Below, piece by piece: positions 10,037 to 21,023 of a stretch of DNA of 64,000 nt (its first letter is position 1; each line of letters starts with the position of its first letter). The stretch is from Eubacteriales bacterium (GTDB lineage: Bacteria; Bacillota; Clostridia; Oscillospirales; CAG-272), in contig JAZPYO010000022.1 of NCBI GenBank assembly GCA_045544195.1, positions 12,681-76,680 on the forward strand, in the 5' to 3' direction. Below the pieces are notes generated by a model, which worked only from the letters and a program-made list of their open reading frames with translations, was not told where the DNA came from and did not search any database. The position numbers and the translations under genes were made by a program.

Positions 10037-12463
10037 ATGGCAACAAACAAAGAACTTGAAATCAAAAAGAGCATCACGGACAAGCTTTCACGCAATTTCG
10101 GAACAACACCCGAAGCGGCACTCGATGATCAGATGTATCACGCAACTCTTCTGACAATAAGAGATATTCTTATGCAGAAGAATGCAGAATTTGAGCAGGA
10201 AGTAAAAAATAAGTCTGCAAAGCGTATTTATTATATGTGCATGGAGTTCCTTATAGGTCCTTCACTCCGCAATAACCTGCTTAACTTGGGACTTTACAAT
10301 GAATATAACCGAGTACTGAAGAGCTTCGGCTTTTCTTTGGAAAACTTCATAAAGCACGAGGATGACCCCGGGCTTGGTAACGGCGGTCTTGGCAGACTTG
10401 CCGCCTGCTTTATGGACGGGCTCACCTCTCAGGATTATCCCGCATACGGATATTCTATCTGCTACGACTTCGGTCTTTTCAAGCAGAAGATAGTTGACGG
10501 CGAGCAGTTTGAGCTTCCTGATGTGTGGCTTCCCACAGGAGAAAGCTGGCTCGTTCGCCGCTCCGACCTTGCTTACACCGTTAAATTCGGCGGCACAGTA
10601 AAGGAATACTGGCACAACGGCAAAATGTTTGTCGATCACGTAGACTGTGAGGAGGTAAGAGCAGTACCGTACGATATGATGATATCAGGTGCAGACAGCA
10701 AGGCAGTAAACATTCTTCGCTTGTGGAGGGCTCAGGACATTTCAAAATTTGATATGAAGCTCTTTTCTCAGGGTCAGTATGTAAAGGCTCTTGAGGAAAA
10801 CACGAACGCTGAGGTAATTTCAAAGGTGCTTTACCCTTCCGATAACCATTTCGAAGGTAAGCAGCTCCGCCTTACACAGCAGTATTTTCTCGTTTCGGCA
10901 TCGCTTCAGTGCATACTGAACGAGCATCTTTCTCAATATGAGACTCTCGATAATTTAGCGGAAAAGGTAGCTATTCATATAAATGATACACACCCTGCGC
11001 TTTGCGTTCCCGAGCTTATGCGTATTCTGCTTGACGAATGCGCATACGATTGGGATACAGCTTGGGATATAGTTACAAAAACTGTTTCTTACACGAATCA
11101 CACGGTAATGCCTGAAGCATTGGAAACATGGGGAGAGGGTATCTTCAAATTGAGATTGCCCAGAATTTACAGCATTATATGCGAGATCAACCGCCGCTTC
11201 TGTGCTGACGTATGGAACAATCATCCCGAAATGCGTCCTTTCGTTGATAACATGTCTATCATCGGTAATAACCAGGTAAGAATGGCTAATCTGTCTATCG
11301 TAGGATCTCACCACGTAAACGGAGTTGCGGCTCTGCACTCAGATATTCTCAAAAAGACGATATTCTCGGATTTCTACGCAGTGTCACCTGAAAAATTCAC
11401 AAATGTAACGAACGGTATTGCTCACCGCCGCTGGCTGTGCTACAGTAACCCCGGTCTTACTTCTCTGCTCGACAAGACTATCGGCAAGAATTACAGAAAA
11501 TGCCCCTGGGAGCTTGAAAAGTTTGCTGAATACAAGGACGACCCCGCAGTTCAAGAGCAGCTTTCTAAGATCAAGAGAGAAAACAAGGAAAGATTTTCAA
11601 AGTTCCTTCTCGGTAATCAGAAAACACTCGCTCTCGATTGCGATTCGGTATTCAACGTTCAGATAAAGCGTATGCACGAATATAAGCGTCAGCTTCTTAA
11701 CGTTCTGCGTATTATCTCCATATACAACAAGCTGTTGGAAAATCCCGATCTTGAAATGCGTCCTCAGACGTTCATTTTCGGTGCAAAAGCAGCTCCCGGC
11801 TATTATATGGCTAAGCAGACTATAAAGCTGATAACACATCTTGCAGCCGAGATCGAAAAGAATCCCAAAATAAGACAGAAGCTCCGTGTAGTATTCCTTG
11901 AAAACTACTGCGTATCAGCGGCAGAAATACTCATTCCGTCCGCGGACATAAGCCAGCAGATCTCTCTTGCGGGTAAGGAAGCAAGCGGTACGGGTAATAT
12001 GAAGCTGATGATAAACGGCGCTGTTACTATCGGTACTCTTGACGGAGCAAACGTTGAAATGTACGAATCTCTCGGCGACGACAACTTCTTCCTGTTCGGT
12101 ATGACAGCCGATGAGGTGGACAAGATATGGCGTGAGGGATACAAATCAAGCACGTATTACAGCTCAAGCCCGATACTTAAGGGGGTTGTTGAATCGCTCA
12201 ACAAGGGCTTCAACGGTGTTTCATTTGCTGATTTTTCAAACTATCTGCTCTTTGACGGAAATATTTCCGACCCGTATATGTGCTTTGCGGATTTCAATTC
12301 CTACAATGCAGTTCATAACCGTATGGACCTTGCATATGAGGACAGAGCAGCATGGCTTTCAATGAGCGCCGTTAACATTGCATCTGCCGGCAGATTTGCC
12401 GCAGACAGAGCCGTCAAGGAGTATGCTGATAATATATGGGGACTTACACAGGTAACTGACTGA
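10037..12463 (+). CDS. glgP: Glycogen/starch phosphorylase
   Basis: GLGNGGLGRLAACF, RLTQQYF, HINDTHP, QIKRMHEYKRQ, EASGTGNMK, TLDGANVE. Confidence 0.97.
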   Translation: MATNKELEIKKSITDKLSRNFGTTPEAALDDQMYHATLLTIRDILMQKNAEFEQEVKNKSAKRIYYMCMEFLIGPSLRNNLLNLGLYNEYNRVLKSFGFSLENFIKHEDDPGLGNGGLGRLAACFMDGLTSQDYPAYGYSICYDFGLFKQKIVDGEQFELPDVWLPTGESWLVRRSDLAYTVKFGGTVKEYWHNGKMFVDHVDCEEVRAVPYDMMISGADSKAVNILRLWRAQDISKFDMKLFSQGQYVKALEENTNAEVISKVLYPSDNHFEGKQLRLTQQYFLVSASLQCILNEHLSQYETLDNLAEKVAIHINDTHPALCVPELMRILLDECAYDWDTAWDIVTKTVSYTNHTVMPEALETWGEGIFKLRLPRIYSIICEINRRFCADVWNNHPEMRPFVDNMSIIGNNQVRMANLSIVGSHHVNGVAALHSDILKKTIFSDFYAVSPEKFTNVTNGIAHRRWLCYSNPGLTSLLDKTIGKNYRKCPWELEKFAEYKDDPAVQEQLSKIKRENKERFSKFLLGNQKTLALDCDSVFNVQIKRMHEYKRQLLNVLRIISIYNKLLENPDLEMRPQTFIFGAKAAPGYYMAKQTIKLITHLAAEIEKNPKIRQKLRVVFLENYCVSAAEILIPSADISQQISLAGKEASGTGNMKLMINGAVTIGTLDGANVEMYESLGDDNFFLFGMTADEVDKIWREGYKSSTYYSSSPILKGVVESLNKGFNGVSFADFSNYLLFDGNISDPYMCFADFNSYNAVHNRMDLAYEDRAAWLSMSAVNIASAGRFAADRAVKEYADNIWGLTQVTD

Positions 12464-12464
12464 T

Positions 12465-14315
12465 ATGCTCCCATTCCATATAGATCGGTATTCACCGTTT
12501 ACAATTAAAAAGACGGTGCTTTCAAAAACAAGCTATAATTGTGCGTTTGAGGAGGGGAAGATAAAAATTTCCCTTCTCTGTCCGCGTATATACTGTCTTA
12601 ACGGATGTTATCTGAAGCTTGATCACGATTTTGAAAGCAAAACAGACGTAGTAAAAATGCGTTATTGCGGCATTGAGAACGGATGCGATCTTTATACCTG
12701 CACCGTTTCTCCTTGCTCAGGACTGTATTACTTTTATTTCACCGTGTTGTGCGACGGCAAGGAATACACAGTGGAATCATGCGGCGATGAAAAGCACGGT
12801 CGTATAACAGAAGAATATCCCGACAAGTTCCAGCTTATGATTTACAAAACTGAATACACTCCTGTCAAATGGTTTTCCGACGGGGCGATGTATCATATTT
12901 TCGTTGACCGTTTCTGCAGATCGGGCCGCAAGATCCCCGTAAGAGATGATGCGGTAATGATAAACGATTGGTACGGCGGAAAGGTAGAATATGCAGAGTA
13001 TCCCGGTCAGCCTCTGAAAAACAACACGTTTTTCGGCGGTGATCTGTACGGAATATGCAGTAAGCTGGACTATCTTTCGTCTTTAGGTATAACAACGCTT
13101 TACTTATCTCCTGTTTTCAAAGCATACTCCAACCACAAATACGATACGGGTGATTATATGGCGATCGACGAAATGTTCGGCGGTCAGAAGGCTTTCAAAA
13201 AGCTCGTTAAGGAAGCTCACAGCAGAAATATGAAAATAATTCTTGACGGAGTTTTCAACCACACGGGCGATGACAGTATATACTTCAACAAATACAAAAA
13301 ATACGATAGCTGCGGCGCTTACAACAGCAAGAAAAGTCCTTACTATACATGGTATGACTTTTCGGAGTATCCCGATAAATACAGAAGCTGGTGGGGCATA
13401 AGCATTCTTCCCTCTCTTAACCACACCTGCCCGTCACTGCGTGAATTTTTGTGCGGTGAAAACGGTGTTATCAGATATTGGCTGCGGCAGGGTGCAGACG
13501 GATGGCGGCTTGATGTTGCCGATGAATTGCCCGAGGATCTGCTTTTTGATATAAAAAAGGCAGCAAACGCAGAAAAGCCGGGATCACTCGTTATCGGCGA
13601 GGTATGGGAGGATGCTTCAAATAAAATAGCATATTCATCAAGAAGACACTATTTTGAAGGCAAGGCTCTGGACGGGATAATGAATTATCCGCTCAGAAAT
13701 GCCATCATATCGTATTCCAAGTACAGCGATGAGGGTGCAATGAGCTATGCCTTGACGATACTTTCCCGCCACTATCCTCAGTATTCCTTGTTGAACACGA
13801 TGAACTTTCTGGGAACACATGACACAGAAAGAATTCTGACTGTTCTCGGAGGAGACGATGCAGCAGATGCGTCAGGCTCACAGCTTTCGGAAATGAGAAT
13901 GACGCCGCGTCAGCTCGAAGACGGCAAAAAGCGTTTACGGTTTGCTTTTGCACTTTTAGCCTGCTGCCCCGGAGTTCCTTGCATATATTACGGTGACGAG
14001 GCAGGCTGCGAGGGTTACCGTGATCCATTCAACAGAAGACCGTACCCGTGGGGAAAAGAGGATACAGAGCTTGTTGAACATTTTAAGAGCATTCTCAAAA
14101 TGAGAAAAAAGAACAGAGCTCTGAGATGCGGCAAGACCGACGTTGTATATGCAGAAGACGGCGTTCTGATATTCAGACGCTATATCGGTAAACACGGCGT
14201 TTTGTGTATATTCAACGGCAATCAATACAATAAATGCGTTTATATCGGCGGTGAAAGGATCGCGCTTGACGGTATGTCCTTTACACTGAAGGAATACGCG
14301 GAAAGGAATCAATGA
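12465..14315 (+). CDS. GH13 amylopullulanase/neopullulanase-like enzyme (probable glycogen debranching role)
   Basis: [66 protein letters not shown]. Confidence 0.9.
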   Translation: MLPFHIDRYSPFTIKKTVLSKTSYNCAFEEGKIKISLLCPRIYCLNGCYLKLDHDFESKTDVVKMRYCGIENGCDLYTCTVSPCSGLYYFYFTVLCDGKEYTVESCGDEKHGRITEEYPDKFQLMIYKTEYTPVKWFSDGAMYHIFVDRFCRSGRKIPVRDDAVMINDWYGGKVEYAEYPGQPLKNNTFFGGDLYGICSKLDYLSSLGITTLYLSPVFKAYSNHKYDTGDYMAIDEMFGGQKAFKKLVKEAHSRNMKIILDGVFNHTGDDSIYFNKYKKYDSCGAYNSKKSPYYTWYDFSEYPDKYRSWWGISILPSLNHTCPSLREFLCGENGVIRYWLRQGADGWRLDVADELPEDLLFDIKKAANAEKPGSLVIGEVWEDASNKIAYSSRRHYFEGKALDGIMNYPLRNAIISYSKYSDEGAMSYALTILSRHYPQYSLLNTMNFLGTHDTERILTVLGGDDAADASGSQLSEMRMTPRQLEDGKKRLRFAFALLACCPGVPCIYYGDEAGCEGYRDPFNRRPYPWGKEDTELVEHFKSILKMRKKNRALRCGKTDVVYAEDGVLIFRRYIGKHGVLCIFNGNQYNKCVYIGGERIALDGMSFTLKEYAERNQ

Positions 14316-14316
14316 T

Positions 14317-16539
14317 ATGGTAAAGCTGATAAGACAAGGTGTTGTTTACAGCAAGGACAAGGGCATTGAGATATCTACCCTTTCCAAAGACATAAAAGAA
14401 GCTGCAAGAAAGAAAACAATAGCATATCCCATCTTATCATCGCACAGCGTAACAAGCGGCGATGAGCTGAAGATAAAATTTGATGCTATGGCATCGCACG
14501 ATATAACGTACGTCGGAATCATACAGACAGCAAGAGCAAGCGGACTTAAGGAGTTTCCCATTCCGTATGTTCTTACAAACTGTCATAACTCACTTTGTGC
14601 CGTAGGCGGTACAATTAACGAGGATGACCACGTATTCGGACTTTCTGCCGCAAAAAAATACGGCGGAATTTACGTTCCTGCACACCAGGCAGTCATTCAC
14701 TCTTATATGCGTGAAATGATGGCAGGCTGCGGAAAGATGATAATCGGATCAGACTCGCATACAAGATACGGTGCTTTGGGAACTATGGCGGTAGGAGAAG
14801 GCGGTCCTGAGCTTGTTAAGCAGCTTCTGGGCAGAACGTATGATGTTAAGCGTCCTGAGGTCATCGCCGTGTATCTTACAGGCAAGCCGAAAGCGGGCAT
14901 CGGGCCGCATGATGTTGCCTTAGCGCTCATCGGAGCGACATTCAAGGATGGCTTCGTTAAGAATAAGGTTCTTGAATTTATCGGTGACGGCGTTGGCAAT
15001 CTGCCGATAGAGTTCCGTAACGGTATAGATGTTATGACGACAGAGACAACGTGCCTTTCTTCGATCTGGATGACAGATGAAGAAACGAAAAGATATTTTG
15101 AGCTTCACGGACGTGTTGAGGATTATAAGCCTTTATCCCCCGAGGACGGAGCATATTATGACGGAGCGGTCATAATAGATCTTTCAAAAATGGAAAGCAT
15201 GATCGCTTTGCCTATCCATCCGTCAAACACTTACACGATAAAACAGTTTAACGAAAACGCGCAGGAAATACTCTCAGAGGTTTCAAAGAAGGCTGCAAAG
15301 GAGCTTGGTGTTTCGGGATTTGATCTTACGGGCAAATACCACGACGGCGGCGTTTGGGCAGATCAGGGTGTAATTGCGGGCTGTGCAGGCGGTATTTTCG
15401 ACAACGTATGTGCCGCAGGAGACATATTAAGAGGAAAAAGCACAGGCTGCAACGCCTTTTCCCTTTCCGTATACCCTGCAAGCCAGCCTGCGTATTTGCA
15501 GCTTATGCGTAACGGTATATGCACAGATCTTATGTCTTGCGGTGCAACGCTTCGCACGGCATTCTGCGGTCCTTGCTTCGGCGCAGGAGATGTACCTGCA
15601 AATAACGGTCTTTCCTTAAGACATACAACAAGAAACTTTGCAAACAGAGAAGGCTCAAAGCCCGGTGAAGGGCAGATAGCATCAGTTGCGCTGATGGATG
15701 CTCGCTCTATTGCGGCAACTGCCGCTAACGGCGGAAAAATAACCGCTGCTACCGATATTGACGTTCAGTACAATACTTACGAATACAAATTTGATGACAC
15801 AGTATACAAAAACAGAGTTTACTTCGGATACGGAAAGGCAGATCCGAGGCAGGAGCTTGTACTCGGTCCTAACATTACAGACTGGCCCGAAATGTATCCT
15901 CTGTCTGACAATCTGTTGTTAAAGGTCGCCTCTTACATAACCGACCCTGTAACAACGACCGATGAGCTGATCCCCTCCGGTGAATCCTCCTCGTACCGTT
16001 CAAATCCGCACCGATTGTCAGAGCTTACTCTGTCAAGAAAGGACCCGAAATACGTCGGTAATGCAAAAGCTATACGCGCGCTTGAATACGACAGAAGAAA
16101 CGGCAAAAAGGTATTTGACGGCGAGCTTTCCGACATTGCCGCAAAGCACTCTCTTACAGAGGAAAACTGTATGCTCGGAAGCGTTATTTATGCAAACAAG
16201 CCGGGTGACGGCTCTGCTCGTGAGCAGGCGGCATCGTGTCAAAGAGTTCTCGGCGGAAGTGCAAACATTGCATTGGAATACGCAACAAAGCGTTACAGAA
16301 GCAATGTGATAAACTGGGGAATGCTTCCCTTCACCGTTGACACAGCACCCGAATTTTCCGTCGGTGATTACATAGTAATACCTGATATTAAAAAGGCTGT
16401 TTTGGAAAGCTTACCGACAGTTACAGCATACGTTTACGGCAGCAAAAATGCTCGTGTAGAGCTTACTATGCCGACGCTTACAGATGATGAAAGAAAGATC
16501 ATTCTTGCAGGCTGTCTGATCAATTTCTACAAATATTAA
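14317..16539 (+). CDS. Aconitase-family [4Fe-4S] hydratase (YbhJ-like)
   Basis: [56 protein letters not shown] swivel domain. Confidence 0.88.
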   Translation: MVKLIRQGVVYSKDKGIEISTLSKDIKEAARKKTIAYPILSSHSVTSGDELKIKFDAMASHDITYVGIIQTARASGLKEFPIPYVLTNCHNSLCAVGGTINEDDHVFGLSAAKKYGGIYVPAHQAVIHSYMREMMAGCGKMIIGSDSHTRYGALGTMAVGEGGPELVKQLLGRTYDVKRPEVIAVYLTGKPKAGIGPHDVALALIGATFKDGFVKNKVLEFIGDGVGNLPIEFRNGIDVMTTETTCLSSIWMTDEETKRYFELHGRVEDYKPLSPEDGAYYDGAVIIDLSKMESMIALPIHPSNTYTIKQFNENAQEILSEVSKKAAKELGVSGFDLTGKYHDGGVWADQGVIAGCAGGIFDNVCAAGDILRGKSTGCNAFSLSVYPASQPAYLQLMRNGICTDLMSCGATLRTAFCGPCFGAGDVPANNGLSLRHTTRNFANREGSKPGEGQIASVALMDARSIAATAANGGKITAATDIDVQYNTYEYKFDDTVYKNRVYFGYGKADPRQELVLGPNITDWPEMYPLSDNLLLKVASYITDPVTTTDELIPSGESSSYRSNPHRLSELTLSRKDPKYVGNAKAIRALEYDRRNGKKVFDGELSDIAAKHSLTEENCMLGSVIYANKPGDGSAREQAASCQRVLGGSANIALEYATKRYRSNVINWGMLPFTVDTAPEFSVGDYIVIPDIKKAVLESLPTVTAYVYGSKNARVELTMPTLTDDERKIILAGCLINFYKY

Positions 16540-16587
16540 TTAACTGAAAATTATCATAAATTATATTTTTAAAGTTTCATTTTTTCC

Positions 16588-16616
16588 TTGATATTAACTT
16601 AAAAATGATGTATACT
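16588..16616 (+). promoter_or_regulatory. gap promoter (extended -10)
   Basis: TTGATA-17 bp-TATACT with TG just upstream. Confidence 0.65.
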
Positions 16617-16668
16617 TTCAGTAAATACGATATTATATTTAATATTAAAAAAATCGGAGGATAAAAAA

Positions 16669-17682
16669 ATGGCAGTAAAAGTTGCTATTAACGGCTTCGG
16701 CCGTATCGGAAGACTTGCTTTCCGCCAGATGTTCGGCGCAGAAGGCTATGAGGTTGTAGCTATCAACGACCTTACAGATCCCAAGATGCTTGCTCATCTT
16801 CTTAAGTATGACACAGCACAGGGCAGATATCTCGGTCACGCTGTTGAATGTGATGAAAGCTCCATCACAGTTGACGGCAAGAAGATCACTATCTACAGCG
16901 AAAAGGATGCCGCTAATCTTCCTTGGGGTGAAATCGGTGTTGACGTTGTTCTTGAGTGCACAGGCTTCTACACTTCTAAGGCTAAGGCACAGGCTCACAT
17001 CGACGCAGGTGCAAAGAAGGTAGTTATTTCCGCTCCCGCTGGTAATGACCTTCCTACGATCGTATTCAGCGTAAACGAGAATACTCTTACAAAGGATGAC
17101 ACGATCATTTCCGCTGCATCCTGCACAACAAACTGCCTGGCTCCTATGGCTAAGGCTCTTAACGATTATGCTCCTATCCAGAGCGGTATCATGTCAACGA
17201 TCCACGCTTACACAGGCGACCAGATGATCCTTGACGGTCCTCACAGAAAGGGTGACCTCCGCCGCGCAAGAGCAGGCGCTGCTAACATCGTTCCTAACTC
17301 CACAGGCGCGGCAAAGGCTATCGGTCTTGTTATTCCCGAGCTCAACGGCAAGCTCATCGGCTCTGCACAGAGAGTTCCCACACCCACAGGCTCTACAACG
17401 ATCCTCGTTGCAGTTGTTAAGGGTAAGGACATAACGAAGGAAGGCATCAACGCTGCTATGGCTGCTAAGGCTTCCGCTTCGTTCGGCTACAACACAGATG
17501 AGATCGTATCGTCCGATATTATCGGTTCAACATACGGCTCTATCTTCGATGCTACACAGACAATGGTAGCTAAGATCGACGATGATACCTATCAGGTTCA
17601 GGTAGTTGCTTGGTATGACAACGAGAACTCCTACACAAGCCAGATGGTAAGAACGATCAAGTATTTCGCAGAGCTTGCATAA
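16669..17682 (+). CDS. gap: Type I glyceraldehyde-3-phosphate dehydrogenase
   Basis: [33 protein letters not shown]; strong codon bias; RBS GGAGG. Confidence 0.99.
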   Translation: MAVKVAINGFGRIGRLAFRQMFGAEGYEVVAINDLTDPKMLAHLLKYDTAQGRYLGHAVECDESSITVDGKKITIYSEKDAANLPWGEIGVDVVLECTGFYTSKAKAQAHIDAGAKKVVISAPAGNDLPTIVFSVNENTLTKDDTIISAASCTTNCLAPMAKALNDYAPIQSGIMSTIHAYTGDQMILDGPHRKGDLRRARAGAANIVPNSTGAAKAIGLVIPELNGKLIGSAQRVPTPTGSTTILVAVVKGKDITKEGINAAMAAKASASFGYNTDEIVSSDIIGSTYGSIFDATQTMVAKIDDDTYQVQVVAWYDNENSYTSQMVRTIKYFAELA

Positions 17683-17700
17683 TTAAAGCTAAACGCAATA

Positions 17701-17729
17701 AAACGGTAGAGGATAATCCTCTACCGTTT
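17701..17729. terminator. Bidirectional intrinsic terminator after gap
   Basis: AAACGGTAGAGGA-TAA-TCCTCTACCGTTT perfect 13-bp stem between convergent genes. Confidence 0.9.
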
Positions 17730-17738
17730 TTGTTTTGT

Positions 17739-18881
17739 TCATTTACTACCGTTTTTTCTTTTTAAAGCCTTTTCTATCACGTAGAAAACTACCGTTACAA
17801 ATGTAAATACAGAAAACGAAATAGCAAGATGTCTGAAACTCCATATCGATTCCCTTTTGCCGCCGTCATACCATGCAGATGAATGAAAAAACGAAAATAT
17901 AATACTGCACGGAATATACAATATATTTCTTATACCTGTCAAAGCAATATTCGTCCGTTCTTCTTTATTTATTATTATAAATACCGCAAAGGATATAACA
18001 TTTGCCAAAAGAAGCAATAATGCCAAAACAGCAATTATAATTACAATGGGCGCTGTACGATCCGGATCATCAAAATAAGGAGCGATAAAGAATAAAGCGC
18101 AGGATAATAAAACACAAGAGATCTGTATCAACGTAAGATTTCTGCATAGAGTGTTTTCATTTCTTTCCTTAATAACAAAATATCCGTACGCCTTTTTCGA
18201 AAGAACATAGCAAAGCATGATAAACGGCAAGATAAATGATATAAGAACATTAATATAGCTGTTAAATGATAAAACCGAAAACGGTGAGTCGATGATCGGA
18301 ATTGACGATATAATAAGTGAAAATACTATGAAAAATACCGAAAATGACAGCGATGATACGCATTTATCAAGCCTTGATACCGCCGCTTCATCCGCCATTT
18401 CAAAAAGCTCATTATACTGCTTTACATCGTTGACCTTCTTTATTCCCAAAAGCAAGGCGCATATACCGAACACCTGAAGCAAAAGCATTATTCCAAAGCC
18501 TATGATTGGCAAAAATGCTCCGTATGATAAAACGAGCATTGTTATAAACCCGACGAGCGATACAGCAAAGGATATGTATGCAACTGTTTTAAAGCCCGAT
18601 ACAGTTTTATTCACAAGGATCTTTAGCTGCTTTTCAACCTTCGGCTCTTTCTTTTCGGTTTGTTTTTCTAAAATTCTTTCACCCTTTAAAAGCTCATCAC
18701 AGGTAACGCCGAACATTTCGGCAAGTGCGGGAATAAGCGATATATCCGGAGCGCATTCATCACGCTCCCAGCGACTTACTGCTTTATTTGATACGTTTAA
18801 GCGGTCTGCTACATTTTGTTGAGTCATACCGTTTGCTTTACGCAAGGCGGCAATAAACTGACCGATAGAATTTTTTGACAT
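17739..18881 (-). CDS. XRE-family HTH regulator fused to a multi-pass membrane domain
   Basis: N-terminal LRKANGMTQQNVADRLNVSNKAVSRWERDECAPD..L..FGVTCDELL; several hydrophobic TM segments follow. Confidence 0.85.
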   Translation of the reverse strand: MSKNSIGQFIAALRKANGMTQQNVADRLNVSNKAVSRWERDECAPDISLIPALAEMFGVTCDELLKGERILEKQTEKKEPKVEKQLKILVNKTVSGFKTVAYISFAVSLVGFITMLVLSYGAFLPIIGFGIMLLLQVFGICALLLGIKKVNDVKQYNELFEMADEAAVSRLDKCVSSLSFSVFFIVFSLIISSIPIIDSPFSVLSFNSYINVLISFILPFIMLCYVLSKKAYGYFVIKERNENTLCRNLTLIQISCVLLSCALFFIAPYFDDPDRTAPIVIIIAVLALLLLLANVISFAVFIIINKEERTNIALTGIRNILYIPCSIIFSFFHSSAWYDGGKRESIWSFRHLAISFSVFTFVTVVFYVIEKALKRKNGSK

Positions 18882-18998
18882 ACAAAATCTCCTTTATCTT
18901 TTTTCTGTCTATATTCTACAAAAGCGGTACAAGGATTAACAGACCGTATACCGAAAATCACTCCCGAAAAGCGAGAAAAATGCATTTTTTTGAAAATT

Positions 18999-19027
18999 GA
19001 ACCCCGATTTGATCAAATTCGGGGTTC
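18999..19027 (-). terminator. Intrinsic terminator of the prfA operon
   Basis: GAACCCCGA...TCGGGGTTC stem just downstream of the M18 peptidase stop. Confidence 0.75.
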
Positions 19028-19036
19028 GTATCATTA

Positions 19037-20437
19037 TTATTTACTTTCAAAAAACGCTTTAGATGCTTTATGCATATTGTAAACATCCGCTTTTGCTACA
19101 AGCTCATAGGGCGCGTGCATGGATATTACGGGAACTCCTGCATCGATCGTGTCGATATTTCTTTCGGCAATAAATTTAGCAACAGTACCGCCGCCGCCGA
19201 AGTCTATCTTGCCCATTTCGCACGTCTGCCATACAACTCCGTTTTCATTGAATATACGTGCTATCCTTGCGGTATATTCACCCGTTGCATCGTTTGTATC
19301 AGACTTTCCTCTTGCGCCTGTATATTTTGCAAGTCCTATGCCGCATCCGACAATAGCTGAGTTATTCTTTTCAAATGCATTTGCAAAATTGGGGTCATAT
19401 GCCGCACAGACGTCAGCGGAAAGGCACATTGAATTCGCTCTTACCAAGCGCTCGTTTTTGCCCATTGATACTGATATATCAGTTATTATATCATCAAGAG
19501 CACTTCCCTTCATACCCGTAACGCCGTTTGAGCCTGTTTCCTCTTTATCTGCCAACACTGCCATAACTGTATGCTCAGGCGACTGAAGCGAAAACAGTGC
19601 AGTCAGTGACGGATATGCACACACTCTGTCATCGTGACCGTATGATGCAATGAGGCTTCTGTCAAGTCCCACGTCCTTTGCTTTAAGAGCGGGAACTATC
19701 GTAAGCTCTGCGGAAAGGAAATCTTCCTCTGTAATTCCGTATTTTTCGTTCAGAATAGCAAGAACATTCAGCTTTATTTTGTCGTTTACCGCTTCATCGT
19801 CATACGGAATAGATCCGAGAACGATGTTGAGCATTTCTCCATCAACGCCGTCTCTTAAAGACTTTGCACATTGCTCCTGTGCCAGATGGGGCAAAAGGTC
19901 GTTGATATAAAAGATAGGATCGTCATCATTTTCGCCTATGCATACATCGATCCTTTTTCCGCTTTTGTCAGTAATTATTCCGTGAAGTGCAAGCGGGATC
20001 GCTGTCCATTGATACTTCTTTATGCCGCCGTAGTAATGCGTTCTGAAGAAAGCCATTCCGCCTGATTCATATACGGGATTTGCTCTTATATCAATAGCGG
20101 GCGAATCTATATGAGATGCTATTATTCTGATTCCCTTTTCAATATTTTCACTTCCTATGATAAATAAGAACAGGCTTCTGTCGCGGTTTACGTAATAATA
20201 CTTATCGCCTGCCTGGACCTTTGCTCCGAAGTTATATTCCTTAAAGCCGTTTGCCTGTGCCATTTTTACAGCTTCTCTTGATGCTGAACGCGCGGTTTTT
20301 CCAAGATCGAGATACTTTTTATATTCCTCACAATAGCTGAATATCTCATCTCTTTCTTCGGGATTTTTTTCATAAGCATTCTTTTTTGTATATGTCAGCT
20401 TTTCAGAAAGAAGCTGACCTTTTGTTTTTTCACTCAT
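19037..20437 (-). CDS. M18-family aminopeptidase
   Basis: IIASHIDSP, YYGGIKKYQW, GHDDRVC, DKEETGS, GGGGT, ISMHAPYE; start chosen at MSEK (AAAGGT 8 nt upstream). Confidence 0.92.
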   Translation of the reverse strand: MSEKTKGQLLSEKLTYTKKNAYEKNPEERDEIFSYCEEYKKYLDLGKTARSASREAVKMAQANGFKEYNFGAKVQAGDKYYYVNRDRSLFLFIIGSENIEKGIRIIASHIDSPAIDIRANPVYESGGMAFFRTHYYGGIKKYQWTAIPLALHGIITDKSGKRIDVCIGENDDDPIFYINDLLPHLAQEQCAKSLRDGVDGEMLNIVLGSIPYDDEAVNDKIKLNVLAILNEKYGITEEDFLSAELTIVPALKAKDVGLDRSLIASYGHDDRVCAYPSLTALFSLQSPEHTVMAVLADKEETGSNGVTGMKGSALDDIITDISVSMGKNERLVRANSMCLSADVCAAYDPNFANAFEKNNSAIVGCGIGLAKYTGARGKSDTNDATGEYTARIARIFNENGVVWQTCEMGKIDFGGGGTVAKFIAERNIDTIDAGVPVISMHAPYELVAKADVYNMHKASKAFFESK

Positions 20438-20459
20438 TATCATAAACCTTTCTTTCATC

Positions 20460-21023
20460 TTATTCAGCGAGGATCTGTAAATAGACCTCTCTGTTTTTTT
20501 CTACCTTTTTAACATACGCTTCCGTTTCGGGAAAAGGAATATTTATCAAATGACCGTTTTTTGATATTTCATCATCGTCAAGCCATTGTCTCACATTTCC
20601 GTGACCTGCGTTATATGCGGCAAACGTAGTTTGCCATATAAGAAATTCCTTGTAGCAAAACGAAATATAGTATACTCCGCATTGAATATTCGTTTCAGGA
20701 TCGGTTATTTTATCCGCACTGTAAGGTATTCCCGCTTTTCCGCATATCCATTCAAACGTATTCGGCATAAGCTGCATTAAACCTCTTGCTCCCTTTGAAG
20801 ATGTAGCGTCCGGGTCAAAACCGCTTTCAGTTTTGATTATCGCGTAAACAACATCCTTCGGAACATCGTACATTTCCGAATACTTCTCAACATATTCGGA
20901 ATAATGCATGGGATATTTGCTTTTTTCCGCATTGTCAAGAACAGTATCAAAGATAGCTCCCAAGCCTATAGCCGTTACAATCAGTAATATAATAATTATA
21001 CTTCTTTTTATCGCTTCGCCCAT
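20460..21023 (-). CDS. Membrane-anchored lytic transglycosylase (SLT domain)
   Basis: N-terminal TM; AIIKTESGF, SSKGARGLMQLMP, AAYNAG, PETEAYV. Confidence 0.92.
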   Translation of the reverse strand: MGEAIKRSIIIILLIVTAIGLGAIFDTVLDNAEKSKYPMHYSEYVEKYSEMYDVPKDVVYAIIKTESGFDPDATSSKGARGLMQLMPNTFEWICGKAGIPYSADKITDPETNIQCGVYYISFCYKEFLIWQTTFAAYNAGHGNVRQWLDDDEISKNGHLINIPFPETEAYVKKVEKNREVYLQILAE

